Shown: positions 37,110-49,877, numbered from the stretch's first letter. The stretch is 64,000 nucleotides of DNA from Laetmonice hystrix (GCA_965235115.1 OZ249439.1:11098001-11162000), one strand, 5' to 3'. Program-made: numbers and translations. The notes: generated by a model from the sequence alone, not told the origin.

Positions 37110-37990
37110 TAGGACCGATCAAAGCGGCAGTAGGGTCATGTCAAAGCGGCCCAGGGCCGTGTCTGGGACTGATCAAAGTGGAACAGGACCATGCCTGGGA
37201 CTGATCAAAGCGGCCCAGAGCCGTGTCTGGGACTGATCAAAGCGGCACAGGGCAGTGTCTGGGACTGATCAAAGCGGCCCAGGGCCGTGTCTGGGACTGA
37301 TCAACGTGGAACAGGACCATGCCTGGGACTGATCAAAGCGGCCCAGGGTCGTGTCTGGGACTGATCAAAGTGGAACAGGACCATGCCTGGGACTGATCAA
37401 AGCGGCCCAGGGCCGTGTCTGGGACTGATCAACGTGGAACAGGACCATGCCTGGGACTGATCAAAGCGGCCCAGGGTCGTGTCTGGGACTGATCAAAGTG
37501 GAACAGGACCATGCCTGGGACTGATCAAAGCGGCCCAGGGCCGTGTCTGGGACTGATCAACGTGGAACAGGACCATGCCTGGGACTGATCAAAGCGGCCC
37601 AGGGCCGTGTCTGGGACTGATCAACGTGGAACAGGACCATGCCTGGGACTGATCAAAGCGGCCCAGGGTCGTGTCTGGGACTGATCAAAGTGGAACAGGG
37701 CCATGCCTGGGACTGATCAAAGCGGCCCAGGGTCGTGTCTGGGACTGATCAAAGTGGAACAGGGCCATGCCTGGGACTGATCAAAGCGGCCCAGGGTCGT
37801 GTCTGGGACTGATCAACGTGGAACAGGGCCATGCCTGGGACTGATCAAAGCGGCCCAGGGTCGTGTCTGGGACTGATCAAAGTGGAACAGGGCCATGCCT
37901 GGGACTGATCAAAGCGGCCCAGGGCCGTGTCTGGGACTGATCAAAGTGGAACAGGGCCGTGTCTGGGACTGATCAAAGCGGCCAGGGCCG
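37110..37990. repeat. Minisatellite, 32 bp monomer in two alternating variants (64-bp dimer)
   Basis: Variant A CTGGGACTGATCAAAGCGGCCCAGGGCCGTGT alternates with variant B CTGGGACTGATCAAAGTGGAACAGGACCATGC. Confidence 0.95.
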
Positions 37991-38383
37991 GGTCTTGGTC
38001 AGTAAAGGCGGTCTCGAGCCAGGTCTGGGCCAGTCAAAGCAGCCTGGGCCATGTCTGGTCCAGTGAAGGCTGCCATGTCAGATTTCAAACCTAGCTGTCA
38101 ATAATTGATAACAATCCTCTCTGGTGTGGAGACAGTGGAATCCTGAAGTCACACTCTTGTAGATGATTACTTACACTAATTCTACTTATGATCAATCAGT
38201 TTTACAAATCATTATAATCGACTGATGTTACTGTAGGGTTATCTCACAGTGAAGAGTTAGCTCTTTACTCTATACGCACTTGAAATGACTGGTGGGCAAA
38301 AAGCAAAAAGGAAAATTAATTGAGTCGTGTGGACACCCCTACACATTTATAATGCGTAGATTCTCAGAGGAGGGTAGTAAATA

Positions 38384-39246
38384 TCGGGTGGATAAAAAAA
38401 AACGCCCCGAACTTTAAACTTCAATATTTCAAAAAGTAATCATTGTAATTCAATGAAATTTTTCGTAATATCACTTCATGATGTTGTCTCTTAGTTGTTA
38501 ATGTTACAACTCAATAGCTTGGATAATATTTCCGTGGGGCTAAAAACAAAAATCATTGTACAAAAGTGCAATGCCGGGCTAAAGCGAGTTGTAGTCGCAC
38601 CCAGCGTCCCTGGCCTCACACTAGGGTAGGTGGTCAATCGGTCCCCCGTTTTCACTTCATACTGCTCTTAGTCTCTTTTTCCATTAGCCAATGCACTTTC
38701 AGAACTCTGATAGGGAAATATATTCCCAATTCCCAACACTGGGAAATACGCAACGTTCTAAATGTGTTGCTAAACGTGATAATGATACGATTTCCCTTGA
38801 ACTTCTCGTTACAGTCATAATCGTCCTAATATTGCAGTTTCTGTGTAGGGTTTGGCACATTAAACATCTGTTTTTCTCTAAAAGTACTAGGAATAGCACA
38901 TATTTTATTATATCTAGTGGTCCACAACATGATACATATTGTAAAACATGCATAAACTAAATATTGAATTTTCTTTTACCCAAGGTACAATGCGGTGCAT
39001 CAAACAGGTGTCAAATTGGACACCTGGCAGCTGCATGATATTTGACCTAATTCCGGCATTTCGTTTTTAGACACTGATTTTTGTTTTTAGCGCCACGGGA
39101 TTAATATCAAAGCTATTGAGCTGAAACGTTAACATACCAGAGATAATATCATGAAGTGATATTAAGAGAAATTTTATCGAATTATAATGCATAGTTTTTG
39201 AAATATTAAAGTTTAAAGTTCGGGGCGTTTTTTTTTATCCACCCGA
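38384..39246. mobile_element. Non-autonomous Tc1/mariner-type element (863 bp) with ~200-bp imperfect TIRs
   Basis: Both ends read TCGGGTGGATAAAAAAAAACGCCCCGAACTTTAAACT inward, and inverted similarity continues for ~200 bp. TA flanks both sides (38382-83 and 39247-48). The interior is AT-rich with no transposase. Confidence 0.85.
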
Positions 39247-39689
39247 TATATACATGACTTTTCAGACAGAACCGACACAGAAAACTGGTCGTTTCCGTGG
39301 CGACCATCTCCAGGCTACACCCTAATTGTATCCTACAGGCTTGATGTCCTCTGAAACAACAAAAACCGACTTCCCCTGAGTCCCCATGGCCGACACTGGT
39401 TTGGAGACAGTGGTGTGTGACATAGCCGCAGACATAGCCGGCCACATCCCAATCTGATCTTATCTGACTGAACTCCACATTTCCCAGTCATCCTCAATCA
39501 GATACCCCCGCCTCTGATTGAGGGATGGCCACCGCGAGACGGAGCCACTGACCACGACGGGCAGTCAGACAAGGCCGGTTGACCAAAACGGAACAACGCT
39601 GGGGGGAGGGGTCATGCCTCACATGACCTTTGGTGATGAGCTCCTACCTGTTCCTCAGGTCAGAACTGCCCTGACCCGACGGTCTTTGC

Positions 39690-42540
39690 TGTTGCCATCG
39701 AGTCCTTGCTGCAACCATCGAGTCCTTGCTGCAGCTATCGAGTCCTTGCTACAGCCATCAAGTTCTTGCTGCAGCCACCGAGTCCCTGCTGCAGCCATCG
39801 AGTCCTTGCTGGCTGCAGCCATCGAGTCCTTGCTGCAACCATCGAGTTCTTGCTGGATGCAGCCATCGAGTCCTTGCTGCAGTCATCAAGTTCTTGCTAC
39901 TGCAATTGGTTCCTTGCTGCAGCCATCGAGTCCTTGCTGCAGCTATCGCGTCCTTGTTGCAGCCATCGAGTTCTTGCTGCAGCCATCGAGTCCTTGCTGC
40001 AGCAATCGAGTCCTTGCTGCAGTCATCAAGTTCTTGCTACTGCAATCGGTTCCTTGCTGCAACCATCGAGTCCTTGCTGCAACCATCGAGTTCTTGCTGG
40101 ATGCAGCCATCGAGTCTTTGTTGCAGCCATCGAGTCCTTGCTGCAGCCATCGAGTCCTTGCTGCAGCCATCGAGTCCTTGCTGCAGTCATCAAGTTCTTG
40201 CTACTGCAATCGGTTCCTTGCTGCAGCCATCGAGTCCTTGCTGCAGTCATCGAGTCCTTGCTGGCTGCAGCCATCGAGTTCTTGCTGCAGCCATCGAGTT
40301 CTTGCTGCAGCCATCAAGTCCTTGTTGCAGCCATCGAGTCCTTGCTGCAGCCATCGAGTACCCGCTGCAGCCATCGAGTCCTTGCTGCAGCCATCGAGTT
40401 CTTGCTGCAGCCATCAAGTCCTTGCTTCAGCCATCAAGTCCTTGCTTCAGCCATCGAGTCCTTGCTGGCTGCAGCCATCGAATCCTTGCTGCAGCCATCG
40501 AGTCCTTGCTGCAGTCATCGAGTCCTTGCTGGCTGTAGCCATCGAGTTCTTGCTGCAGCCATCGAGTTCTTGCTGCAGCCATCAAGTCCTTGTTGCAGCC
40601 ATCGAGTCCTTGCTGCAGCCATCGAGTACCCGCTGCAGCCATCGAGTCCTTGCTGCAGTCATCGAGTCCTTGCTGCAGCCATCGAGTCCTTGCTGCAGCC
40701 ATCGATTACCCGCTGCAGCCATCGAGTCCTTGCTGCAGCCATCGAGTCTTTGCTGCAGCCATCGAGTCCTTGCTGGCTGCAGCCATCGAGTCCTTGCTGC
40801 AGCCATCGAGTTCTTGCTGCAGCCATCGAGTTCTTGCTGCAGCCATCGAGTCCTTGCTGGCTGCAGCCATCGAGTTCTTGCTGCAGCCATCGAGTCCTTG
40901 CTGCAGCCATCGAGTCCTTGCTGGCTGCAGCCATCGAGTCCTTGCTGCAGCCATCGAGTTCTTGCTGCAGCCATCGAGTTCTTGCTGCAGCCATCGAGTC
41001 CTTGCTGCAGCCATCGAGTACCCGCTGCAGCCATCGAGTCCTTGCTGCAGCCATCGAGTCCTTGCTGCAGCCATCGAGTCCTTGCTGCAGCCATCGATTA
41101 CCCGCTGCAGCCATCGAGTCCTTGCTGCAGCCATCGAGTCCTTGCTGCAGCCATCGAGTACTCGCTGCAGCCATCGAGTTCTTGCTGCAGCCATCGAGTT
41201 CTTGCTGCAGCCATCGAGTCCTTGCTGCAGCCATCGAGTCCTTGCTGCAGCCACCGAGTCCTTGCTGCAGCCATCGAGTCTTTGCTGCAGCCATCGAGTC
41301 CTTGCTGGCTGCAGCCATCGAGTCCTTGCTGCAGCCATCAAATTCTTGCTGCAGCCATCGAATTCTTGCTGCAGCCATCGAGTCCTTGCTGCAGCCATCG
41401 AGTTCTTGCTGCAGCCATCGAGTCCTTGCTGCAGCCATCGAGTCCTTGCTGCAGTCATCGAGTCCTTGCTGCAGCCATCGAGTCCTTGTTGCAGCCATCG
41501 AGTCCTTGCTGGCTGCAGCCATCGAGTCCTTGCTGCAACCATCGAGCTCTTGCTGGATGCAGCCATCGAGTCTTTGTTGCAGCCATCGAGTCCTTGCTGC
41601 AGCCATCGAGTCCTTGCTGCAGCCATCGAGTCCTTGCTGCAGCTATCGATTCCTTGTTGCAGCCATCGAGTTCTTGCTGCAGCCATCAAGTCCTTGCTTC
41701 AGCCATCGAGTCCTTGCTGGCTGCAGCCATCGAATCCTTGCTGCAGCCATCGAGTCCTTGCTGCAGTCATCGAGTCCTTGCTGGCTGCAGCCATCGAGTT
41801 CTTGCTGCAGCCATCGAGTTCTTGCTGCAGCCATCAAGTCCTTGTTGCAGCCATCGAGTCCTTGCTGCAGCCATCGAGTACCCGCTGCAGCCATCGAGTC
41901 CTTGCTGCAGCCATCGAGTTCTTGCTGCAGCCATCAAGTCCTTGCTTCAGCCATCGAGTCCTTGCTGGCTGCAGCCATTGAATCCTTGCTGCAGCCATCG
42001 AGTCCTTGCTGCAGTCATCGAGTCCTTGCTGGCTGCAGCCATCGAGTTCTTGCTGCAGCCATCGAGTTCTTGCTGCAGCCATCAAGTCCTTGTTGCAGCC
42101 ATTGAGTCCTTGCTGCAGCCATCGAGTACCCGCTGCAGCCATCAAGTCCTTGCTACAGCCATCGAGTCCTTGCTGCAGCCATCGAGTCCTTGCTGCAGCC
42201 ATCGAGTACCCGCTGCAGCCATCGAGTCCTTGCTGCAGCCATCGAGTCCTTGCTGCAGCCATCGAGTACCCGCTGCAGCCATCGAGTCCTTGCTGCAGCC
42301 ATCGAGTCCTTGTTGCAGCCATCGAGTTCTTGCTGCGGCCATCGAGTCCTTGCTGCAGCCATCGAGTCCTTGCTGCAGCCATCGAGTTCTTGCTGAAGCC
42401 ATCGAGTCCTTGCTGCAGTCATCGAGTTCTTGCTGCTGCCATCGAGTCCTTGCTACAACCATCGAGTCTCAGATGATGGTAACCAGCCCTTGCTGCGACT
42501 ACCAAATCCCTGATGCATCCATCGCGTACTTGCTGTAGCC
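39690..42540. repeat. Large 20-bp minisatellite (CCATCGAGTCCTTGCTGCAG) with 24-bp variants, ~140 units
   Basis: Translations cycle LLQPSSP/CCSHRVL/AAAIES (60 nt = 3 units), and the edges are diverged. The 3' part is copied into the 2193-bp duplicates. Confidence 0.97.
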
Positions 42541-45500
42541 ATTAAGTATTTGGTACACCCATCAAATCCATGATGCACCAATTGGCTCCTTCTTGTGACC
42601 ACCAAGTCCTCGCTGTACCCATTAAATCCTTGGTGCTGCCATCAGGTCTTCAGGCAGGATTATCAGGGGGTCTGACCTGTCCCCTGTTTAGGGTCCGATA
42701 CAGTATCAGCCACCGATCTCTACCCCTGCCCCCCAAGAGATGTGAGAACCCACCGGCTGCCCGTTACGCCTGGTCAATGGTCGACCAGGCCGCCGACTGG
42801 ACGAGGTCCCGTCGGGTCGGTAGGTCGACCCCCGGCCACCCTCGGTCTCCCCGCCTTCCCGGCGCTCCACCCGGTCAGGTATTGTCCTCACTCAGTCGGC
42901 CTAACCTGGGCGGATACTGACTCTCTATCTACTGGGGTTAATTAGGGAAAACCTGGCAGGGTGATAAAGTAGTGGCTCCGGGGGTGACGATCAGAGTGAC
43001 AGGGACGGTTCATTTACTGTACCCTGGGTCAAGGGTCACAACCCCCTGACCTGGGGTACCTTTTCTTTCAATGATTATGGGCAAGGAAACTTTCCCAGAT
43101 TCTGACGGGGAACCATTGAACTGGATACCATTGCTTGTAATGATTCTGCAGAACACTGTCCAACCAGAACGGTTTAGTTTTGTGTTTTAACCTTGAGGGG
43201 CAGGCACAAACTAACCCGCTAAGGTTTTCCAGCCCTTTAACCCGATAGGGTCCCATGGCCAGCACCGCGACCCATAACACATTGTCCAGATTCCTTCAGC
43301 GCTTCCCACTATGGCAGAGATTACTATTTGTTTAGACGTGAGTGACGAATGGTAAATAAAACTTTACAATCCCACCAAGGACCCTGATAGTACAGCAGTG
43401 GACAGTCGTCCTGACGCCTGGAGCACTTCATTAAATCACCCGGACTGGGTAGTAAAAAAAGGCTAGCTTTTGTGTGGTCAGTAGTTAGTTAACCTGGGGT
43501 CGTTCTGGGGTGGGTGGGACCGGGTTAGGCGGGTGGCTGACCCTGACATCTTTAGGCAGCTCAGACCGGTATGTCAGGATTAAGTGCCCATTGGTCACTC
43601 GACTGACCACCACCGCTACCGCTGCAGCCATCGAGTCCTTGCTGCAGTCATCGAGTCCTTGCTGCAGCCATCGAGTCCTTGTTGCAGCCATCGAGTCCTT
43701 GCTGGCTGCAGCCATCGAGTCCTTGCTGCAACCATCGAGCTCTTGCTGGATGCAGCCATCGAGTCTTTGTTGCAGCCATCGGGTCCTTGCTGCAGCCATC
43801 GAGTCCTTGCTGCAGCCATCGAGTCCTTGCTGCAGCTATCGATTCCTTGTTGCAGCCATCGAGTTCTTGCTGCAGCCATCAAGTCCTTGCTTCAGCCATC
43901 GAGTCCTTGCTGGCTGCAGCCATCGAATCCTTGCTGCAGCCATCGAGTCCTTGCTGCAGTCATCGAGTCCTTGCTGGCTGCAGCCATCGAGTTCTTGCTG
44001 CAGCCATCGAGTTCTTGCTGCAGCCATCAAGTCCTTGTTGCAGCCATCGAGTCCTTGCTGCAGCCATCGAGTACCCGCTGCAGCCATCGAGTCCTTGCTG
44101 CAGCCATCGAGTTCTTGCTGCAGCCATCAAGTCCTTGCTTCAGCCATCGAGTCCTTGCTGGCTGCAGCCATTGAATCCTTGCTGCAGCCATCGAGTCCTT
44201 GCTGCAGTCATCGAGTCCTTGCTGGCTGCAGCCATCGAGTTCTTGCTGCAGCCATCGAGTTCTTGCTGCAGCCATCAAGTCCTTGTTGCAGCCATTGAGT
44301 CCTTGCTGCAGCCATCGAGTACCCGCTGCAGCCATCAAGTCCTTGCTACAGCCATCGAGTCCTTGCTGCAGCCATCGAGTCCTTGCTGCAGCCATCGAGT
44401 ACCCGCTGCAGCCATCGAGTCCTTGCTGCAGCCATCGAGTCCTTGCTGCAGCCATCGAGTACCCGCTGCAGCCATCGAGTCCTTGCTGCAGCCATCGAGT
44501 CCTTGTTGCAGCCATCGAGTTCTTGCTGCGGCCATCGAGTCCTTGCTGCAGCCATCGAGTCCTTGCTGCAGCCATCGAGTTCTTGCTGAAGCCATCGAGT
44601 CCTTGCTGCAGTCATCGAGTTCTTGCTGCTGCCATCGAGTCCTTGCTACAACCATCGAGTCTCAGATGATGGTAACCAGCCCTTGCTGCGACTACCAAAT
44701 CCCTGATGCATCCATCGCGTACTTGCTGTAGCCATTAAGTATTTGGTACACCCATCAAATCCATGATGCACCAATTGGCTCCTTCTTGTGACCACCAAGT
44801 CCTCGCTGTACCCATTAAATCCTTGGTGCTGCCATCAGGTCTTCAGGCAGGATTATCAGGGGGTCTGACCTGTCCCCTGTTTAGGGTCCGATACAGTATC
44901 AGCCACCGATCTCTACCCCTGCCCCCCAAGAGATGTGAGAACCCACCGGCTGCCCGTTACGCCTGGTCAATGGTCGACCAGGCCGCCGACTGGACGAGGT
45001 CCCGTCGGGTCGGTAGGTCGACCCCCGGCCACCCTCGGTCTCCCCGCCTTCCCGGCGCTCCACCCGGTCAGGTATTGTCCTCACTCAGTCGGCCTAACCT
45101 GGGCGGATACTGACTCTCTATCTACTGGGGTTAATTAGGGAAAACCTGGCAGGGTGATAAAGTAGTGGCTCCGGGGGTGACGATCAGAGTGACAGGGACG
45201 GTTCATTTACTGTACCCTGGGTCAAGGGTCACAACCCCCTGACCTGGGGTACCTTTTCTTTCAATGATTATGGGCAAGGAAACTTTCCCAGATTCTGACG
45301 GGGAACCATTGAACTGGATACCATTGCTTGTAATGATTCTGCAGAACACTGTCCAACCAGAACGGTTTAGTTTTGTGTTTTAACCTTGAGGGGCAGGCAC
45401 AAACTAACCCGCTAAGGTTTTCCAGCCCTTTAACCCGATAGGGTCCCATGGCCAGCACCGCGACCCATAACACATTGTCCAGATTCCTTCAGCGCTTCCC

Positions 45501-48006
45501 ACTATGGCAGAGATTACTATTTGTTTAGACGTGAGTGACGAATGGTAAATAAAACTTTACAATCCCACCAAGGACCCTGATAGTACAGCAGTGGACAGTC
45601 GTCCTGACGCCTGGAGCACTTCATTAAATCACCCGGACTGGGTAGTAAAAAAAGGCTAGCTTTTGTGTGGTCAGTAGTTAGTTAACCTGGGGTCGTTCTG
45701 GGGTGGGTGGGACCGGGTTAGGCGGGTGGCTGACCCTGACATCTTTAGGCAGCTCAGACCGGTATGTCAGGATTAAGTGCCCATTGGTCACTCGACTGAC
45801 CACCACCGCTACCGCTGCAGCCATCGAGTCCTTGCTGCAGTCATCGAGTCCTTGCTGCAGCCATCGAGTCCTTGTTGCAGCCATCGAGTCCTTGCTGGCT
45901 GCAGCCATCGAGTCCTTGCTGCAACCATCGAGCTCTTGCTGGATGCAGCCATCGAGTCTTTGTTGCAGCCATCGGGTCCTTGCTGCAGCCATCGAGTCCT
46001 TGCTGCAGCCATCGAGTCCTTGCTGCAGCTATCGATTCCTTGTTGCAGCCATCGAGTTCTTGCTGCAGCCATCAAGTCCTTGCTTCAGCCATCGAGTCCT
46101 TGCTGGCTGCAGCCATCGAATCCTTGCTGCAGCCATCGAGTCCTTGCTGCAGTCATCGAGTCCTTGCTGGCTGCAGCCATCGAGTTCTTGCTGCAGCCAT
46201 CGAGTTCTTGCTGCAGCCATCAAGTCCTTGTTGCAGCCATCGAGTCCTTGCTGCAGCCATCGAGTACCCGCTGCAGCCATCGAGTCCTTGCTGCAGCCAT
46301 CGAGTTCTTGCTGCAGCCATCAAGTCCTTGCTTCAGCCATCGAGTCCTTGCTGGCTGCAGCCATTGAATCCTTGCTGCAGCCATCGAGTCCTTGCTGCAG
46401 TCATCGAGTCCTTGCTGGCTGCAGCCATCGAGTTCTTGCTGCAGCCATCGAGTTCTTGCTGCAGCCATCAAGTCCTTGTTGCAGCCATTGAGTCCTTGCT
46501 GCAGCCATCGAGTACCCGCTGCAGCCATCAAGTCCTTGCTACAGCCATCGAGTCCTTGCTGCAGCCATCGAGTCCTTGCTGCAGCCATCGAGTACCCGCT
46601 GCAGCCATCGAGTCCTTGCTGCAGCCATCGAGTCCTTGCTGCAGCCATCGAGTACCCGCTGCAGCCATCGAGTCCTTGCTGCAGCCATCGAGTCCTTGTT
46701 GCAGCCATCGAGTTCTTGCTGCGGCCATCGAGTCCTTGCTGCAGCCATCGAGTCCTTGCTGCAGCCATCGAGTTCTTGCTGAAGCCATCGAGTCCTTGCT
46801 GCAGTCATCGAGTTCTTGCTGCTGCCATCGAGTCCTTGCTACAACCATCGAGTCTCAGATGATGGTAACCAGCCCTTGCTGCGACTACCAAATCCCTGAT
46901 GCATCCATCGCGTACTTGCTGTAGCCATTAAGTATTTGGTACACCCATCAAATCCATGATGCACCAATTGGCTCCTTCTTGTGACCACCAAGTCCTCGCT
47001 GTACCCATTAAATCCTTGGTGCTGCCATCAGGTCTTCAGGCAGGATTATCAGGGGGTCTGACCTGTCCCCTGTTTAGGGTCCGATACAGTATCAGCCACC
47101 GATCTCTACCCCTGCCCCCCAAGAGATGTGAGAACCCACCGGCTGCCCGTTACGCCTGGTCAATGGTCGACCAGGCCGCCGACTGGACGAGGTCCCGTCG
47201 GGTCGGTAGGTCGACCCCCGGCCACCCTCGGTCTCCCCGCCTTTCCGGCGCTCCACCCGGTCAGGTATTGTCCTCACTCAGTCGGCCTAACCTGGGCGGA
47301 TACTGACTCTCTATCTACTGGGGTTAATTAGGGAAAACCTGGCAGGGTGATAAAGTAGTGGCTCCGGGGGTGACGATCAGAGTGACAGGGACGGTTCATT
47401 TACTGTACCCTGGGTCAAGGGTCACAACCCCCTGACCTGGGGTACCTTTTCTTTCAATGATTATGGGCAAGGAAACTTTCCCAGATTCTGACGGGGAACC
47501 ATTGAACTGGATACCATTGCTTGTAATGATTCTGCAGAACACTGTCCAACCAGAACGGTTTAGTTTTGTGTTTTAACCTTGAGGGGCAGGCACAAACTAA
47601 CCCGCTAAGGTTTTCCAGCCCTTTAACCCGATAGGGTCCCATGGCCAGCACCGCGACCCATAACACATTGTCCAGATTCCTTCAGCGCTTCCCACTATGG
47701 CAGAGATTACTATTTGTTTAGACGTGAGTGACGAATGGTAAATAAAACTTTACAATCCCACCAAGGACCCTGATAGTACAGCAGTGGACAGTCGTCCTGA
47801 CGCCTGGAGCACTTCATTAAATCACCCGGACTGGGTAGTAAAAAAAGGCTAGCTTTTGTGTGGTCAGTAGTTAGTTAACCTGGGGTCGTTCTGGGGTGGG
47901 TGGGACCGGGTTAGGCGGGTGGCTGACCCTGACATCTTTAGGCAGCTCAGACCGGTATGTCAGGATTAAGTGCCCATTGGTCACTCGACTGACCACCACC
48001 GCTACC
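41428..48006. repeat. Tandem segmental triplication, 3 x 2193 bp
   Basis: Identical ORFs recur at a period of 2193 (42570/44763/46956). Junctions ...CACCACCGCTACC|GCTGCAG lie at 43620 and 45813, and unique sequence resumes after 48006. Confidence 0.97.
42692..42878 (+). CDS. Candidate 187-nt Pro/Arg-rich exon (VRYSISHRSLPLPPKR...RSPRLPGAPPGQ), phase 2-0; copies at 44885-45071 and 47078-47264
   Basis: Branch-like CTGAC plus CTGTCCCCTGTTTAG|G acceptor, donor CAG|GTATTG, and 62 open codons. Confidence 0.35.
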
Positions 48007-48074
48007 ACATCATCACCTGCCAGAGCAGGTTAATCCCAACCAACGGGTGGTCAACTCTTGTTAGGTTCAGGTAG

Positions 48075-48768
48075 GATCAGGTGTGGTGATCTGGGCAGTA
48101 CTTCCTTGGCAGGCTCAGGTGTGGTGATCCAGGCAGTGCCTCCTTGGCAGGCTCAGGTGTGGGGATCCAGGCAGTGCCTCCTTGGCAGGCTCAGGTGTGG
48201 TGATCAAGGCAGTGCCTCCTTGGCAGGCTCAGGTGTGGTGATCCAGGCAGTGCCTCCTTGGCAGGCTCAGGTGTGGTGATCAAGGCAGTGCCTCCTTGGC
48301 AGGCTCAGGTGTGGTGATCAAGGCAGTGCCTCCTTGGCAGGCTCAGGTGTGGTGATCAAGGCAGTGCCTCCTTGGCAGGCTCAGGTGTGGTGATCAAGGC
48401 AGTGCCTCCTTGGCAGGCTCAGGTGTGGTGATCAAGGCAGTGCCTCCTTGGCAGGCTCAGGTGTGGTGATCCAGGCAGTGCCTCCTTGGCAGGCTCAGGT
48501 GTGGTGATCCAGACAGTGCCTCCTTGGCAGGCTCAGGTGTGGTGATCAAGGCAGTGCCTCCTTGGCAGGCTCAGGTGTGGTGATCAAGGCAGTGCCTCCT
48601 TGGCAGGCTCAGGTGTGGTGATCAAGGCAGTGCCTCCTTGGCAGGCTCAGGTGTGGTGATCAAGGCAGTGCCTCCTTGGCAGGCTCAGGTGTGGTGATCA
48701 AGGCAGTGCCTCCTTGGCAGGCTCAGGTGTGGTGATCAAGGCAGTGCCTCCTTGGCAGGCTCAGGTGT
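48075..48768. repeat. Minisatellite, 38 bp x ~18
   Basis: GGCAGGCTCAGGTGTGGTGATCAAGGCAGTGCCTCCTT repeated. Confidence 0.97.
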
Positions 48769-49814
48769 GAATGTAGGATTACCTTGGGATCTCTTTGCTC
48801 TGCCTCAACGTGCTGGCAGCTCATGGCATTGCGAGAAACGGTCACGTGGGCCCTGGTCCGAACGGATGTGGGTGGGAAAGATCTGACAAGGGGCGGAGCT
48901 AGCCCTGGTTTGATTGACACCTAACAAACATGGAAATAACTGCTGATATGACGTTTACCTCTGAAACTACTGCGCCCTATGCTCAAAGGAGGCCTCGGTG
49001 ATCTGACCAGGTCAACGGTTAATAACCTCACCTTGACATCCGGGCGTATAACAAAATTAACATACTCTTCTTCCTGCCATCGTCACACTTCATTGTTAGG
49101 TCCGCATTTCAATATTATTCTCAGGTAACACCCAGTATTCTGTTGTTAGGTATATCACATATATTTTATTATTCTCTATCTATGAGTTTGAATATAACTT
49201 CACACAAACATTTGTTTATAGATATTGGTGAGCATTGTCAGGACAAAAGCACTAAGAGATGGACAATTGATAGACTTGAACGATGTAACATATACGACCG
49301 TCGGTACAGACTTCATCCCGGGTTAATCCCAGCTAAGGTTTCCGAGGCAGGGGAAACTTTACAACGCAAGAACAAATATTTGCAGATCTTTAAACAGCTG
49401 TCCGTTTACTTGAACGGGGATGATTAGTCCAGTCCCGAATTTAGTTCAAAGTTAAAGTCATGATGGAACGGTTCTTACAGAAGAAACAAGTTTTGAAGTC
49501 CAGAGACGACCACACAGAGTTAGTACAAGTTGGTCTTCACTGACCGCACACATATTGTGGTACTCGATCACCAGTTGGTTACTTCCGACCACGTGTTTGA
49601 GACCACACTGACCATCGTCCAGTCAGGGTGGGGACCGGTTAATAGGAGAGTAAGAAGAACGGGTCAGGGTACCTGGTGACGGGTGTGACGGTCCTGGCTT
49701 GGACCGAAGGACGGTCCTAACGAGGACTAGCAGACGGTCCTGATTGGGACTGGCGGAGGGTCTGACCAGAGGTGACAGATCCAAATCGCCGGACGATACG
49801 GGAACTGTGGACTG

Positions 49815-49877
49815 TTAGGCGATCTCTAACTCCTTCTTACTCGGAGCTGGAACTTCTTCTCCCTCCAGGAAGTCGTC
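49815..49877 (-). CDS. Candidate exon DDFLEGEEVPAP (internal, donor after 49841) or terminal exon DDFLEGEEVPAPSKKELEIA*
   Basis: Acceptor TTTGATGTGTTGCAG|GAC, internal donor CGA|GTAAGA, in-frame TAA at 49815-49817, and an acidic protein-like translation. Confidence 0.35.
   Translation of the reverse strand, partial: DDFLEGEEVPAPSKKELEIA

Noticed and set aside
39518-46924. Long ORFs of 260-1006 aa (LLQPSSP/CCSHRVL/AAAIES)
   Set aside because: Translations of a 20-bp array that lacks stops in most frames on both strands. The longest starts at TTG, and the unit is not a multiple of 3.
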